From a bacterium (GTDB lineage Bacteria; J088; JAWLBW01), in assembly GCA_041690355.1 (NCBI GenBank), contig JAWLHK010000011.1, positions 62,001-126,000 of the forward strand: a stretch of DNA of 64,000 nucleotides, in the 5' to 3' direction. Below, one piece after another: positions 30,322 through 40,302 of this stretch. The position numbers and the translations under genes were made by a program. Under the pieces are notes generated by a model. It saw only the letters and a program-made list of their open reading frames with translations. It had not been told where the DNA came from and did no database searches. Each line of letters begins with the position of its first letter. Positions within the stretch are counted from its first letter, which is position 1.

Positions 30322-30525
30322 TCAATCTTTGTTCAGCAGATTCGCGACCGCATCGAAGAGATCGATGAGCCCGCCTTCGCCGCCGTCGGCTTCAGCCGTG
30401 CGGATCACCTGGCTGGCGCGCTGCACGCAGTGTTCGCAGATGTAGACCAGGGTGCCGGCGATGAGGTACTTGACCTCGTCGGACCCTTTTCCGCAGAAGG
30501 AACAGCGCTTGATGCGAGGCTGCAT
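30322..30525 (-). CDS. Stand-alone ClpX C4-type zinc finger protein
   Basis: CSFCGK...LIAG..VYICEHCV in a 67-aa ORF. Confidence 0.8.
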   Translation of the reverse strand: MQPRIKRCSFCGKGSDEVKYLIAGTLVYICEHCVQRASQVIRTAEADGGEGGLIDLFDAVANLLNKD

Positions 30526-30592
30526 GCAGGTACTTCGCTCGTAGAGGAGAAGCTTTCACACTAGCAGACCGAGGCCGCGAAATCCACCGTGC

Positions 30593-30621
30593 TTGACAGG
30601 CCGGCGCCCGATCCATACACT
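30593..30621 (+). promoter_or_regulatory. Sigma-70-type promoter
   Basis: TTGACA-N17-TACACT. Confidence 0.7.
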
Positions 30622-30669
30622 CCATCCGACGCGCAGAGCCGGCGGCATTGCGCAGGAGTGAAGTACCCT

Positions 30670-31764
30670 ATGGCCCGAATCCACGCAGTCGCACTGTTGA
30701 TCCTTGCCACCGTTCTCCCGGCCTGCGGCGAACCCGAGCCCGCCCCCCGCGAGCGTTCTCTGCAGGAGCGCCTGGTCGACCTCGGCGCCGAGCGCTATGC
30801 CGGCATCGAACCGAATCTCACCGAGCGATCGGGTGAGTGGGACGTCCACACCTTTCCCGTCGACAAGGCCCGCTGCCTGGACGGCAGCCCCTTCAAAGTC
30901 TCGGTACGCGAGGCGCAGCATTACGCCGTCCTGCTCTACCTCGAAGGGGGCGGCGCCTGCTGGGACGAAGCGACCTGCCACGGCTCGCGCCCGATGACCA
31001 AGCGTTCGGCTTCTGCCATCCCCCTCGAGATGCGCGACACCGGCATTCTGAACCGCTACCAGCCGACGAATCAGTACGTCGGGGCCAGCGTCGTGCACGC
31101 CTCGTACTGCGACGGCAGCATGTGGCTCGGCGATCAGGACGTCACGTACGGCGAAACCCTGACGTACCACCGCGGCCTTGCCAACGTCTCGGCTGCCGTC
31201 GACACGATGAAGCGTCGTTTCCCGCACCCGTCGGTCATCATCCTCGCGGGGAGCAGCGCGGGCGGATACGGAACGATGAGCGCGTACGTCGTCGCGCGCA
31301 ACCGCTACCCCGGCACCCCCATCGTGATCTTCAACGATTCGGGCCCCTGGCTGCTCAACGCCGACAAGCACGCCATGTATAGCGGAACGATGGAAAACTG
31401 GCCGCTCGCGCCGCTCCTGCCGAACGACTGTGCGGGTTGTGACACCCAGCCCATTCACCTCGCGCGGTGGGTTCTCGACCGGGATCCCGGAACGCGCATC
31501 GCGCTGTTCAGCTACCGCGACGATCGCACGATGGCCGTCGACTTCCTCGGTCTGGGCGATTCATACCGCCCGCTACTCGAGCAGACTTCTGACGCCATTC
31601 ACGCCGCGCATCCCGATCGGTTCAAGCGGTTCTTCGTCGACGGCACCGGACACACCGTCCTGTTGACGCTCGACTACTACCAGATATCGCGCGACGGACA
31701 GCTGTTCTCCGACTGGTCGAACAAGCTTCTGGCCGGCAGCGCGGCCTGGGTCGACCGGCCCTGA
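30670..31764 (+). CDS. Pectinacetylesterase/Notum-family hydrolase lipoprotein
   Basis: Lipobox LPAC; CLDGSP, YLEGGGACW, YCDGS, GSSAGGYG, GTGH. Confidence 0.85.
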   Translation: MARIHAVALLILATVLPACGEPEPAPRERSLQERLVDLGAERYAGIEPNLTERSGEWDVHTFPVDKARCLDGSPFKVSVREAQHYAVLLYLEGGGACWDEATCHGSRPMTKRSASAIPLEMRDTGILNRYQPTNQYVGASVVHASYCDGSMWLGDQDVTYGETLTYHRGLANVSAAVDTMKRRFPHPSVIILAGSSAGGYGTMSAYVVARNRYPGTPIVIFNDSGPWLLNADKHAMYSGTMENWPLAPLLPNDCAGCDTQPIHLARWVLDRDPGTRIALFSYRDDRTMAVDFLGLGDSYRPLLEQTSDAIHAAHPDRFKRFFVDGTGHTVLLTLDYYQISRDGQLFSDWSNKLLAGSAAWVDRP

Positions 31765-31835
31765 GCGAAGGGCCGCCGACTCGTTGCCCTGCCGCGTGGC
31801 TCCCCGGTTCCGCCCCGGTCCCGCAGACCCCGACA

Positions 31836-31891
31836 CGGTAACCATCCGGTAATTCCGCCGACACAGACGCGTATCAGCCGTCGATCATACT
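31836..31891 (+). promoter_or_regulatory. 11-bp-periodic direct repeats plus -10 box (Pho-box-like)
   Basis: CGGTAAC 31836, CGGTAAT 31847, CCGACAC 31858, GCGTATC 31869; CATACT at 31886. Confidence 0.6.
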
Positions 31892-31954
31892 GGACTGCGT
31901 AAGTCGCCCCTTACGCCTCCCTATTGCAGGGGAGTTCACTGAATTTTTTCTTCG

Positions 31955-32731
31955 GTGGAGTCCACAGTGAACAGATTTTTTGTCCGCAACGGGAAACTCC
32001 TGCTGGCCGCATGCCTTCTGGTGGTGCCGGCCTATTCCCGCGCAGAAGAACCCTCCCAACATCAGCTGGTCGACAGCATCATTGCCCTGCGCACCGAGGT
32101 CGAAGACCTGGAGGCGCGTCTGCGCAGCCTGAAGTCCGATCACGGTACGCGCATGTCGGCTCTCGTCCGGGAAGAGGGGCAGCTGGCGGCCGAGCGGGAG
32201 CGTCAGCAGCTCCGGCTCAAAAAGATTGAACAGCAGCTGGCGCGGCAGAAGCAGGCCGCGCAGGAAGAAGGGGTCGAAGGCGAAACGCTGCGCCCGGTCG
32301 TCCTGGAGGCGCTCGATGCCGTTGAAAACTACGTCGAGACCTCCCTCCCCTTCCGCCGCGAAGATCGTCTGGCTTCGGTGCGCACGGTGCGAAGCGAACT
32401 TGAATCCGGCGTGCTCGAGCCCTCGCGGGCGTTGAATGCGCTGTGGTCGTTCGTGGCCGATGAAATCCGCATGACGGGCGAGGCGGGCCTTTTCCGCCAG
32501 CCAATCCGCATCGACGACGAAGATAAACTCGCCGACGTGGCGCGTCTGGGGATGCTCCAGCTCTACTTCCGCACGGATGACGGACGCGTCGGACTCTGGA
32601 CAGAGGACGGATTCCGCTATGTCGAGGGCGAAGACCGGGAGCGCATCCTTGCGTGGATGAGTTCCCTGCGCAAGAACGTGCGCTTCGGATACTTCGAACT
32701 TCCCCAACCCGTTCGCACGTCGGAGAAATGA
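31955..32731 (+). CDS. DUF3450-like periplasmic coiled-coil protein (TtpB-like)
   Basis: Signal peptide, coiled coil, LPFRREDRL and RLGMLQLYFRT; first gene of the TonB operon; exact start uncertain. Confidence 0.8.
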   Translation: MESTVNRFFVRNGKLLLAACLLVVPAYSRAEEPSQHQLVDSIIALRTEVEDLEARLRSLKSDHGTRMSALVREEGQLAAERERQQLRLKKIEQQLARQKQAAQEEGVEGETLRPVVLEALDAVENYVETSLPFRREDRLASVRTVRSELESGVLEPSRALNALWSFVADEIRMTGEAGLFRQPIRIDDEDKLADVARLGMLQLYFRTDDGRVGLWTEDGFRYVEGEDRERILAWMSSLRKNVRFGYFELPQPVRTSEK

Positions 32732-34167
32732 GTATGCGCACGATTAGAAGTATGTTTCTTTTCGCGATGGGCTCGATGATCCCGGTAGTTCTTCCGGCTG
32801 CCGCCGTCCTGCTCGTTCCAGGCCCGGTCCATGCCGAGCCAACCGCGCCAGCTGAGGCCCCGCGCGAAAAACCCGGCGCTCCGGATGAACTCCGCCTTGC
32901 ATACCAGAAGGAATACGCTTTTCTCGCGGCCCAGAAACGCGACCTGGAGCGGCGCATCGCGGACTTCAACAGGGAAGCTGCGAAGACGGTGGCCGAAACC
33001 GAAGCGCGCATCGATCGCCTTCAGGACGAAGTGCTCGACCTGGAACGCAGGGCCGACAATGGGAAGGACGCACTCGCCGAAGCCGAGAAGCGACGCCTGG
33101 ATACGCAGCGGAACGAGGACATCGTGCGGGCAACGGTACAGCAGGCCGGCGTCACCTTTGAAGAATACCGCCCCGGTTCCCTGACCGACGCTGCATTTCA
33201 GGCCCTGCCCCGCGAGGAGCAGCTCGGCCGGCTCTTCCGGGAAAGCATTGCGCTGCTCGGCGAGCTGTCGACGATCCGCAAGGAACCCGGCGCCTTCTAC
33301 TCCGCGACGGGCGATCGCCTCGACGGCACCCTCGTACGCCTGGGGGCCATTGCGAGCTACGGCGTCGCCGAGTCTGCCGCCGGCATTCTTGTTCCCGCAG
33401 GCGCCGGCCAGTGGAAGCTCTGGCCCGACGCCCACCCCGATGCGGCACGCGCGCTCGCCCGGGGAGAAATCCCGCCCGCACTGCCGCTCTTCATCCACGG
33501 CAGTCAGAGCGAAGCGGTCGAGATCAGCGAAGAACGCGGCCTGCTCGAATACCTGAAAGCAGGCGGCCTGGTCGCCTGGTTCATCGTCGGACTGGGGCTC
33601 GTGGGCCTTGGCCTCGCCGTGCTGCGCATCCTCTTTCTCCGGCGGGCCAGCGCGAGCACGGGAGAAATCGTCGAGCAGGTCAGCGAACTGGTTCGCACCC
33701 AGCGTCTCGACGAGGCGCTCGCCGTCTGCAAGCGCAACCCCGGGTCGACCTCGGCCGTCGTCGCCGCGGCCCTGCGCAATCTGCACCGCGACCGCGAATC
33801 CCTCGACGATATCGTCAACGAGGCCATTCTGCACGAGAGCACGCACCTGGAACGCTTCGGCACCATGATTCTCGTCATTGCCGCCGTCGCTCCGCTTCTT
33901 GGCCTGCTGGGTACGGTGACCGGGATGATCGCCACCTTCGACATTATTACCGAGCATGGCACGGGCGATCCGAAGCTTCTCTCCGGCGGCATTTCGGTCG
34001 CCCTGATCACCACCGAGCTCGGGCTCATCGTCGCCATTCCCTCACTGCTCGTCGGCAACATCCTTTCGGGATGGGCCGACCGCATCAAGGACGACATGGA
34101 GAAGGCCGCCCTGCGCGTCTCGAATACGTACGAGCGCATCCTCGTGGCGGTCAGACAGGCGGCCTGA
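32728..34167 (+). CDS. Long MotA/TolQ/ExbB protein with periplasmic N-terminus (TtpC-like)
   Basis: Signal peptide and coiled coil, then APLLGLLGTVTGMI...SGGISVALITTELGL. Confidence 0.9.
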   Translation: MSMRTIRSMFLFAMGSMIPVVLPAAAVLLVPGPVHAEPTAPAEAPREKPGAPDELRLAYQKEYAFLAAQKRDLERRIADFNREAAKTVAETEARIDRLQDEVLDLERRADNGKDALAEAEKRRLDTQRNEDIVRATVQQAGVTFEEYRPGSLTDAAFQALPREEQLGRLFRESIALLGELSTIRKEPGAFYSATGDRLDGTLVRLGAIASYGVAESAAGILVPAGAGQWKLWPDAHPDAARALARGEIPPALPLFIHGSQSEAVEISEERGLLEYLKAGGLVAWFIVGLGLVGLGLAVLRILFLRRASASTGEIVEQVSELVRTQRLDEALAVCKRNPGSTSAVVAAALRNLHRDRESLDDIVNEAILHESTHLERFGTMILVIAAVAPLLGLLGTVTGMIATFDIITEHGTGDPKLLSGGISVALITTELGLIVAIPSLLVGNILSGWADRIKDDMEKAALRVSNTYERILVAVRQAA

Positions 34168-34799
34168 TGCTGAACCGCGCCCTGGAGAATCTGGCCTTCT
34201 ATCTGGATGCGGGCGGCTACGTCATGCTGCCGCTGCTGCTGTCGAGCCTGCTCATCTGGTACGGAATCGGCTACCGGTGGTCGGTGCTCTACCGGCCGAA
34301 CGCCCGCAGCGTGCGGCGCCTGCTGCAGAAGCATGCGGGAGGCCATACGAAAGTTTCGGAAGGAATCGTGGAGCAGGCGGTCGTAAAAGGCCTCGCCGTC
34401 GCGCGGGAGAACCTTCCCCATCTCCGCCGCCATCTCGATGCGGCCTTCGGCGAGGATGAGAAGGACCTGCAGCGGTTCGGTCGCACCGTGCAGTCGCTCA
34501 TCGCCGCCGCTCCAATTCTTGGGCTGCTCGGCACGGTCGACGGCATGATTGCCACTTTCACCGCCCTCGGCGAGATGCAGCTCTTCAACCAGTCGGGCGG
34601 CATCGCCGGCGGCATTTCGCAGGCGCTGTTCACGACCCAGCTCGGGCTGGCCGTCGCCATCCCCGGGCTCGTCGTCAACGGCTTTCTCGAGCGCCGCGTC
34701 CAGGAGCGGCTGGTCGAACTCACGCAGCTCAAAGACATGCTCTGCGTGCAGGCCGACGAGCTGGCAACCGATACCCTTTCGGCCGGAGAAACGGCATGA
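34167..34799 (+). CDS. exbB: ExbB proton channel subunit
   Basis: APILGLLGTVDGMI, AGGISQALFTTQLGL; TGATG coupling. Confidence 0.88.
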   Translation: MLNRALENLAFYLDAGGYVMLPLLLSSLLIWYGIGYRWSVLYRPNARSVRRLLQKHAGGHTKVSEGIVEQAVVKGLAVARENLPHLRRHLDAAFGEDEKDLQRFGRTVQSLIAAAPILGLLGTVDGMIATFTALGEMQLFNQSGGIAGGISQALFTTQLGLAVAIPGLVVNGFLERRVQERLVELTQLKDMLCVQADELATDTLSAGETA

Positions 34800-35209
34800 G
34801 CGTCCGCAGACGAGCCCGCAGCGACACCACGCAGAGCATCGACATTTCGTCGCTCATCGACATGGTGTTCATCCTGCTCATTTTCTTCATGGTCAGCACC
34901 ACGTTCGTCAAGGACATGGATCTGGACATCGATCGGCCCAGCGCGCAGAGCGCGTCTCTCGCGGCACCCGATGCCATCCGCCTGTATATCGACCGCAACG
35001 GCGCAACCTACCTCGACGGCGAGCCGATCCGCATGTGGATGATCCAGAGCCGGCTGCGCACGCTTCTGCAGACTTCGCGCTCCAAAGCCGTTCTTCTCGT
35101 CACCGACGACTCGGTGCCCGCAGGCAAGCTGGTCGAGGTGGTCGATCAGGCGCGGCTTGCCGGAGCTGAGGTCGGCGTCTCGACGGAGCAGGAGGCCGGC
35201 GGACTGTGA
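34796..35209 (+). CDS. exbD: ExbD/TolR
   Basis: LIDMVFILLIFFMVSTTF with the conserved TM Asp. Confidence 0.92.
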   Translation: MSVRRRARSDTTQSIDISSLIDMVFILLIFFMVSTTFVKDMDLDIDRPSAQSASLAAPDAIRLYIDRNGATYLDGEPIRMWMIQSRLRTLLQTSRSKAVLLVTDDSVPAGKLVEVVDQARLAGAEVGVSTEQEAGGL

Positions 35210-35838
35210 CGCTCGAACTGCGCCATCGCCTTGCCGGCGCAGCAGCCTCGCTCGGCGGCACCGGTCTCGTCTTCTTTCTCGTGCTCGGCATGAACGAGCT
35301 CGAACGAAGCAACCGGTACGACGACCGCCCCGTGACGGCGGCCTTCGACGTGGCGCCGCCGCCTCCCGAACCGCCGGCTGCGGCGGAACCGGAACCGCTG
35401 CCCGAACCCGAGCCGCTCGAGCCGCCCGCCCCCCCGCCGCTTGCCGATCTGGCCTCCGACAACGGCAGCATCGACATCCCGGTTCCCGGTTTTGACGACC
35501 GCGAGCTCGATCGCGCCGCGGGCGGGGCTGACGCCGATCGCGACATGGTCATGACCGACGATACGGTCGACAGGCCGCCGAAAGCCGCGCGGCAGGTTGC
35601 CATGGCCTATCCCGCCGACGCCAAACGCAAAGGAATCGAAGGGCACGTCATCCTGAGTATCCTCATCGACGAAGAAGGCCGGGTCCGGCAGGCGCGCGTC
35701 CTCGAGTCGACCCCGCCGGGGGTCTTCGATGATGCAGCCTTGAGCGCGGTCCGGCAATGGGAATTTGAACCGGCCGGCTACCAGGGCAAAAACGTCCGCG
35801 TCTGGGCCCGTCAGACGTTCCGCTTCGCCTTGGACTGA
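35206..35838 (+). CDS. tonB: TonB energy transducer
   Basis: N-terminal TM, Pro/Glu-rich spacer, YPADAKRKGIEG...WEFEPA TonB_C domain. Confidence 0.92.
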   Translation: MTLELRHRLAGAAASLGGTGLVFFLVLGMNELERSNRYDDRPVTAAFDVAPPPPEPPAAAEPEPLPEPEPLEPPAPPPLADLASDNGSIDIPVPGFDDRELDRAAGGADADRDMVMTDDTVDRPPKAARQVAMAYPADAKRKGIEGHVILSILIDEEGRVRQARVLESTPPGVFDDAALSAVRQWEFEPAGYQGKNVRVWARQTFRFALD

Positions 35839-35866
35839 GCTTTAGAACTGAACGGCTGTATCAACG

Positions 35867-37075
35867 ATGCGATTCTTCAAACGCCCGGCGCTTCTTCTCA
35901 TCGGCCTGGTTTTGTGCGCGCCCGCACGTCCCGCCCAGGCCGCACGCGACGAGGTGAACTACCTGGAGCAGGCTGCACGACTGACCGCCGACGGAAACTA
36001 CGACAGAGCCGAAGCCGCGCTGCGCAACGTGAACCGCGAGGCTGAGGATTTCGACCCGGCGCGGTACGACACGCTTGCCGGGTTGATCGCCCTGCGCAAA
36101 GGGGATCCCCGGAGCGCCCTTCCCGCGCTCGAACGCGCCTGCGATGAATACGACAGGAGGCTCTCGACGCCGAAGCTTTCCGCAACTGCGCAGGCCGAAT
36201 TGCGCACCGCCAATGAGCGCGTGCACCTCTATCTCGGCCAGGCCCACATGCAGACGGGCGAATTCGGCCGGGCGCTGACTTCCCTGGACGCCGCCGGTTC
36301 GGTGGGTGACGGCATCCCCATGGTTCATGCCCTGCGCGCCCAGGCCCACTGGGAGCTGAAAGAGTGGAATGCCGCTTTCACGGCCCTCGATCGCGGAGCC
36401 GGACGCTTTCCGGGAGATCACTCATTTCTGCGCCGGAAGATCTTCTATCTGATCCAGCTGGGATTTCATCAGCGCGCGGTTGAGCTTGGAACGGAGTATC
36501 TGCGGATCGCCAATCCGCAGGCGGCCGATTACCTGGCCCTCGGCAGCGCATTGCGCCGGAGCGGCCAGCCCGCACGCGCGTTGGCAATCCTCGAGCATGC
36601 GCGGATGTTGTATCCGGAAGACCGTAATCTGGCCGTCGAACTGGCGAATGCCTGGATTGATCAGGGGAGCGTCGGCGCCGCGGCCGATATCCTGGCCGAA
36701 GCAGCGATACGGCATCCCGATGTGCTGGTCGAGGCCGCCGAGCTCCAGCGCCGGGCCGGACGGTTTCACCGGGCGTTGCTCTTGAACTCCGCCGTCCCCG
36801 ACCAGGCAAAAAAGTTCCGCCAGCGTCTCGCGATTTACGTTTCGATGGAGCGCTGGGAGATGGCGGCAAGCATGGGTGACGCCCTGAAACGCACCGCGCT
36901 GCTCTCGGTCGACGACATCCGTTACGCCTATGCCTACGCGCTCTTCAAGACGGGCGCACTCGATGAGGCGGAGCTGATGCTCGGGGGCATTTCGGACGGC
37001 GAACTGTTCCGCAAAGCGGCCGCGCTGCGCTCGACCATGCAATCGTGCCGCAGCGAGCGCTGGAGATGTCTGTAG
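35867..37075 (+). CDS. Periplasmic TPR protein (TtpD-like)
   Basis: Signal peptide (AQA); repeated helical TPR-like motifs. Confidence 0.8.
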   Translation: MRFFKRPALLLIGLVLCAPARPAQAARDEVNYLEQAARLTADGNYDRAEAALRNVNREAEDFDPARYDTLAGLIALRKGDPRSALPALERACDEYDRRLSTPKLSATAQAELRTANERVHLYLGQAHMQTGEFGRALTSLDAAGSVGDGIPMVHALRAQAHWELKEWNAAFTALDRGAGRFPGDHSFLRRKIFYLIQLGFHQRAVELGTEYLRIANPQAADYLALGSALRRSGQPARALAILEHARMLYPEDRNLAVELANAWIDQGSVGAAADILAEAAIRHPDVLVEAAELQRRAGRFHRALLLNSAVPDQAKKFRQRLAIYVSMERWEMAASMGDALKRTALLSVDDIRYAYAYALFKTGALDEAELMLGGISDGELFRKAAALRSTMQSCRSERWRCL

Positions 37076-37093
37076 TACCCGGATTTTACACTC

Positions 37094-40000
37094 ATGATTT
37101 TCCGCACCCGTTTTGCTGTATTTTTTCTCTGCCTCTTCTTCGCCGGGCGCGCCGCTGCCGATATGCCGTCCGGAAATGACAAGGGCGAAGACAGCCGCAC
37201 CCATCTCCTGCTGATCGTGTTCGAGAACGGCGCGCCGGCCCCCGGAGTCGACTTGGTCGTCGACGACACCGCCATCGCCGCAACCGGAAGCGATGGCGCC
37301 ATCGAGGCCCTCATCCCCGGCGGACGTCAGAGGCTCTCGCTCGTGCGCGACGGTCAGGTTCTCGGCCGGCTGGAACTGGTTACCGAAAGCCCCGTCGTGC
37401 AGATTCTGGCCACAGTCCCAGGGCCAGGGCAGGCCATGGTTTTCGACGTCGAGGGGGGGGGCGCCGGAGCCGCGGCCGCACCCGCCCCGGCTACCGCCGC
37501 CGTCTCCGGCATCGTTGCCGGAAAGGTCGTCTCTGCGGAATCGAACCAACCAGTACGCGGCGCGCAGCTCTACTTCTCTGGTCTTACCCTGCGCAGCACG
37601 ACGGATGCTGACGGCGTTTATCAAGTCGAGATCCCGGCCGGCACGTACCAGCTTTCGGTGGTGCACCCCGATTTTGCAACGCAGACGCTCGACGGCATCG
37701 CGGTTTCGGAAAAAGGAGAGGCGGTGCACGACATTGCGCTCAGCCCCGCCGGTGTTCTCCTCTCCGACTACGTAATCACGGCGCCGCATATCGAGGGCAG
37801 CGTTGCATCGATGATTGAGGAACAACGCGAAAGCTCGGGGGTCACCGAAGTTCTCGGCGCCGAACAGATGGCGCGTTCGGGCGACTCCAGCGCGGCCGAC
37901 GCGCTGAAACGGGTGACGGGGCTCCTCATCGAAGACGGCAAGTACGTGGTCATCCGCGGCCAGCCGTCGCGCTATACGCAGACATTGTGGAATGGTTCGC
38001 CCCTGCCGAGCCCGGACCCGATTCGCCGGATTGTTCCGCTCGACCTTTTCCCCACCGGCGTTCTCGCGAGCATTGAGGTCGAGAAGAGCTATGATGCTGA
38101 AGCGCCCGGCTCCTTCGGCGGCGGTCTGATCCGCCTCGAAACCGTGGGCGTCCCGGACGACGATTTTCTGGCTGTTTCCGGCAAGGTCGGGGGCAACAGC
38201 ATCACCACGTGGAAGCCCGGGCTCGACTACGAAGGGGGCAGTACTGACATTCTCGGATACGACGACGGCACGCGCGCCCTGCCCCCCGGGCTCGACCCCG
38301 ATGCCTCCCGGAAACAAGTCGAGGAGGCGGCCGGCGGCTTCAGCGATATCTGGGGGGTCGGTGAGAACACCCCCGGGGTCGATACGGGACTCGGTTTGTC
38401 CCTTGGGAAACGGGTGCGGCTTCTCGGCGGCAACTGGGGGCTTCTGGCGGCGGGCAGCTGGGACCGTTCCTTCACCCGGACCGAAGAAATCCAGCGCGAC
38501 TACGCGCTCGGCGGCGAGGGTGCGCTCGTGCTCCGCAACGATCAGGTACGCACCCGCAGCGACATGGACGTCGACACCGGCGGCCTTCTGGTCGGTGCGG
38601 CAGAATGGGAACGACATAAGTTCCGCAGCAATACCTTCTTCATCCGCAAGTCGACGAAGCGGAGCGAACTGCGCGAAGGGACCCGGGTCGTCAGCGACGA
38701 TCTCTACATCAACGACTACACCCTCGAGTGGACCGAGCGCAGCCTCTTCGCCGAGCAGTTGACGGGCGAGCACGACTTCGGCCCCTTCATGCTGGCCTGG
38801 CGCGGCATGACGGCGCAGAGCTCCAGCGATTCCCCCGATCAGCGCCGGTACATCTATCGTCGAAACAGCGAAGGCGATTTCCTCTTCTTCAACCAGGCCA
38901 AGGCGATTCGCAAGTATGTCTCGAGCCGCGATGACATCCTCAGCTTTGATGCCGACCTGCGCGTCCCCGTTCTGGAGCGGCCCCGGTGGAAGGCGGAGGC
39001 CTTCGGCGGCGTATCGCTCTATTCGCAGGACCGGGAATCGAACACGCGCCGCTTCAGTTTCGAAACGAAGGGCGAACCCGACCTGGCCCAGGCTCCGGAC
39101 GACCTTCTCGATCCGTCCACGCTCGGTGAAACGCTCGTCGTGAAGGATCAGACGCAGACCAACGACAACTACCTTGGCGATGCCAGCGTCCGCGGATTCT
39201 ACCTCAAGGGAGACGTAGACTGGGCCGAGCAGGTTCGACTCACGTTCGGCGCGCGGCAGGAATCGGCCGATTTCCGGGTGCGCACCTTCGTCGCGGGCGG
39301 CCGCAAGGGGGGCAAGGAGGTCGAGGGCGGATTCGAGGACAGCGATGTGCTGCCCTTTGCCGCGGTAACCTGGCGGTTCCTCGACAGCATGCAGCTCCGG
39401 GCCTCCGGCGCGCGCACCCTTTCGCGCCCAATCCTGAACGAGCTGTCGCCGGCGCGGTACTTCGATCCCGATTCGGGCGACGAGTATCTGGGCAACCCCG
39501 AGCTGCGTCCGGCCGTCATCGACGGGTACGACATGCGCTGGGAGTGGTACCCCTCGAACCGGGAATCGATATCGGCGGGCCTTTTCCGCAAGGACTATAC
39601 GGACCCCATCGAGCAGACGTTCGTCGGCGTGGGCGGCTCGACCTTTCTGCGCCAGGTGCAGAACGCCGCCGGCGCCTACGTCAACGGACTCGAGCTGGCG
39701 GTGCGCGCCGATCTTGCCCGCCTGACGTCGCCCTTCGGTCTTTCGGAAGGGTGGGCGAAGCGCGTTTATCTGGCCGCCAACGCCGCGTTCGTCAAGTCCG
39801 AGGTTGAGCTGGCGAACCAGAACCTGGCGACGAGTGCCCGGCGCCCTCTCCAGGGGCAGGCCGACACGATGTACAACTTTCAGCTCGGGTACGACGGCGA
39901 GCGCCACGATGCCGATCTCTCGTGGAACCGGGTAGGCGAGCGCCTGTATCTGGCCGGCGTCCAAGGGCAGCCCGATGTCTATCAGACACCGGCTTCGCAG

Positions 40001-40162
40001 CTCGACTTCACCTATGCCTTCGCGCTGAGCCCCGACATCGGGCTCAAGGCCAAGGCGGGAAACCTGCTCGACCCCGAGCTTGTTTTTACCCAGGGCGGAG
40101 AAATCTTCCGCAGCTACCGCAAGGGGCGCGATTTCAGCCTCTCGATCGGGTACCGGCTCTGA
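37094..40162 (+). CDS. TonB-dependent receptor with N-terminal carboxypeptidase-regulatory-like extension
   Basis: Signal peptide, plug motifs (GDSSAADALKRVTG, IRGQPSRY, PLDLFP, GSFGGG), GNPELRP, C-terminal GRDFSLSIGYRL. Confidence 0.95.
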   Translation: MIFRTRFAVFFLCLFFAGRAAADMPSGNDKGEDSRTHLLLIVFENGAPAPGVDLVVDDTAIAATGSDGAIEALIPGGRQRLSLVRDGQVLGRLELVTESPVVQILATVPGPGQAMVFDVEGGGAGAAAAPAPATAAVSGIVAGKVVSAESNQPVRGAQLYFSGLTLRSTTDADGVYQVEIPAGTYQLSVVHPDFATQTLDGIAVSEKGEAVHDIALSPAGVLLSDYVITAPHIEGSVASMIEEQRESSGVTEVLGAEQMARSGDSSAADALKRVTGLLIEDGKYVVIRGQPSRYTQTLWNGSPLPSPDPIRRIVPLDLFPTGVLASIEVEKSYDAEAPGSFGGGLIRLETVGVPDDDFLAVSGKVGGNSITTWKPGLDYEGGSTDILGYDDGTRALPPGLDPDASRKQVEEAAGGFSDIWGVGENTPGVDTGLGLSLGKRVRLLGGNWGLLAAGSWDRSFTRTEEIQRDYALGGEGALVLRNDQVRTRSDMDVDTGGLLVGAAEWERHKFRSNTFFIRKSTKRSELREGTRVVSDDLYINDYTLEWTERSLFAEQLTGEHDFGPFMLAWRGMTAQSSSDSPDQRRYIYRRNSEGDFLFFNQAKAIRKYVSSRDDILSFDADLRVPVLERPRWKAEAFGGVSLYSQDRESNTRRFSFETKGEPDLAQAPDDLLDPSTLGETLVVKDQTQTNDNYLGDASVRGFYLKGDVDWAEQVRLTFGARQESADFRVRTFVAGGRKGGKEVEGGFEDSDVLPFAAVTWRFLDSMQLRASGARTLSRPILNELSPARYFDPDSGDEYLGNPELRPAVIDGYDMRWEWYPSNRESISAGLFRKDYTDPIEQTFVGVGGSTFLRQVQNAAGAYVNGLELAVRADLARLTSPFGLSEGWAKRVYLAANAAFVKSEVELANQNLATSARRPLQGQADTMYNFQLGYDGERHDADLSWNRVGERLYLAGVQGQPDVYQTPASQLDFTYAFALSPDIGLKAKAGNLLDPELVFTQGGEIFRSYRKGRDFSLSIGYRL

Positions 40163-40188
40163 AATCGCCTGACGAGGCGGCCGAAAAG

Positions 40189-40244
40189 CGATTACCGTCC
40201 GGCAACCTGCCGGTAACGGACTCGAAATATGCGCCGCTTATTCT
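40189..40244 (+). promoter_or_regulatory. Second set of 11-bp-periodic direct repeats plus -10 box (Pho-box-like)
   Basis: CGATTAC 40189, CGGCAAC 40200, CGGTAAC 40211, TCGAAAT 40222; TATTCT at 40239. Confidence 0.6.
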
Positions 40245-40302
40245 AATCGATATCAACCTGAGTTTTCTTTCATCGTCCACCAACCTCGAAAGGTGTTCCA
40301 AC

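Noticed and set aside
36422-39964. 1180-aa minus-strand ORF and other long antisense ORFs (e.g. 2208-4244, 18669-20381, 54891-56372)
   Set aside because: Shadow frames of well-supported genes on the opposite strand; expected in high-GC DNA and lacking recognisable motifs
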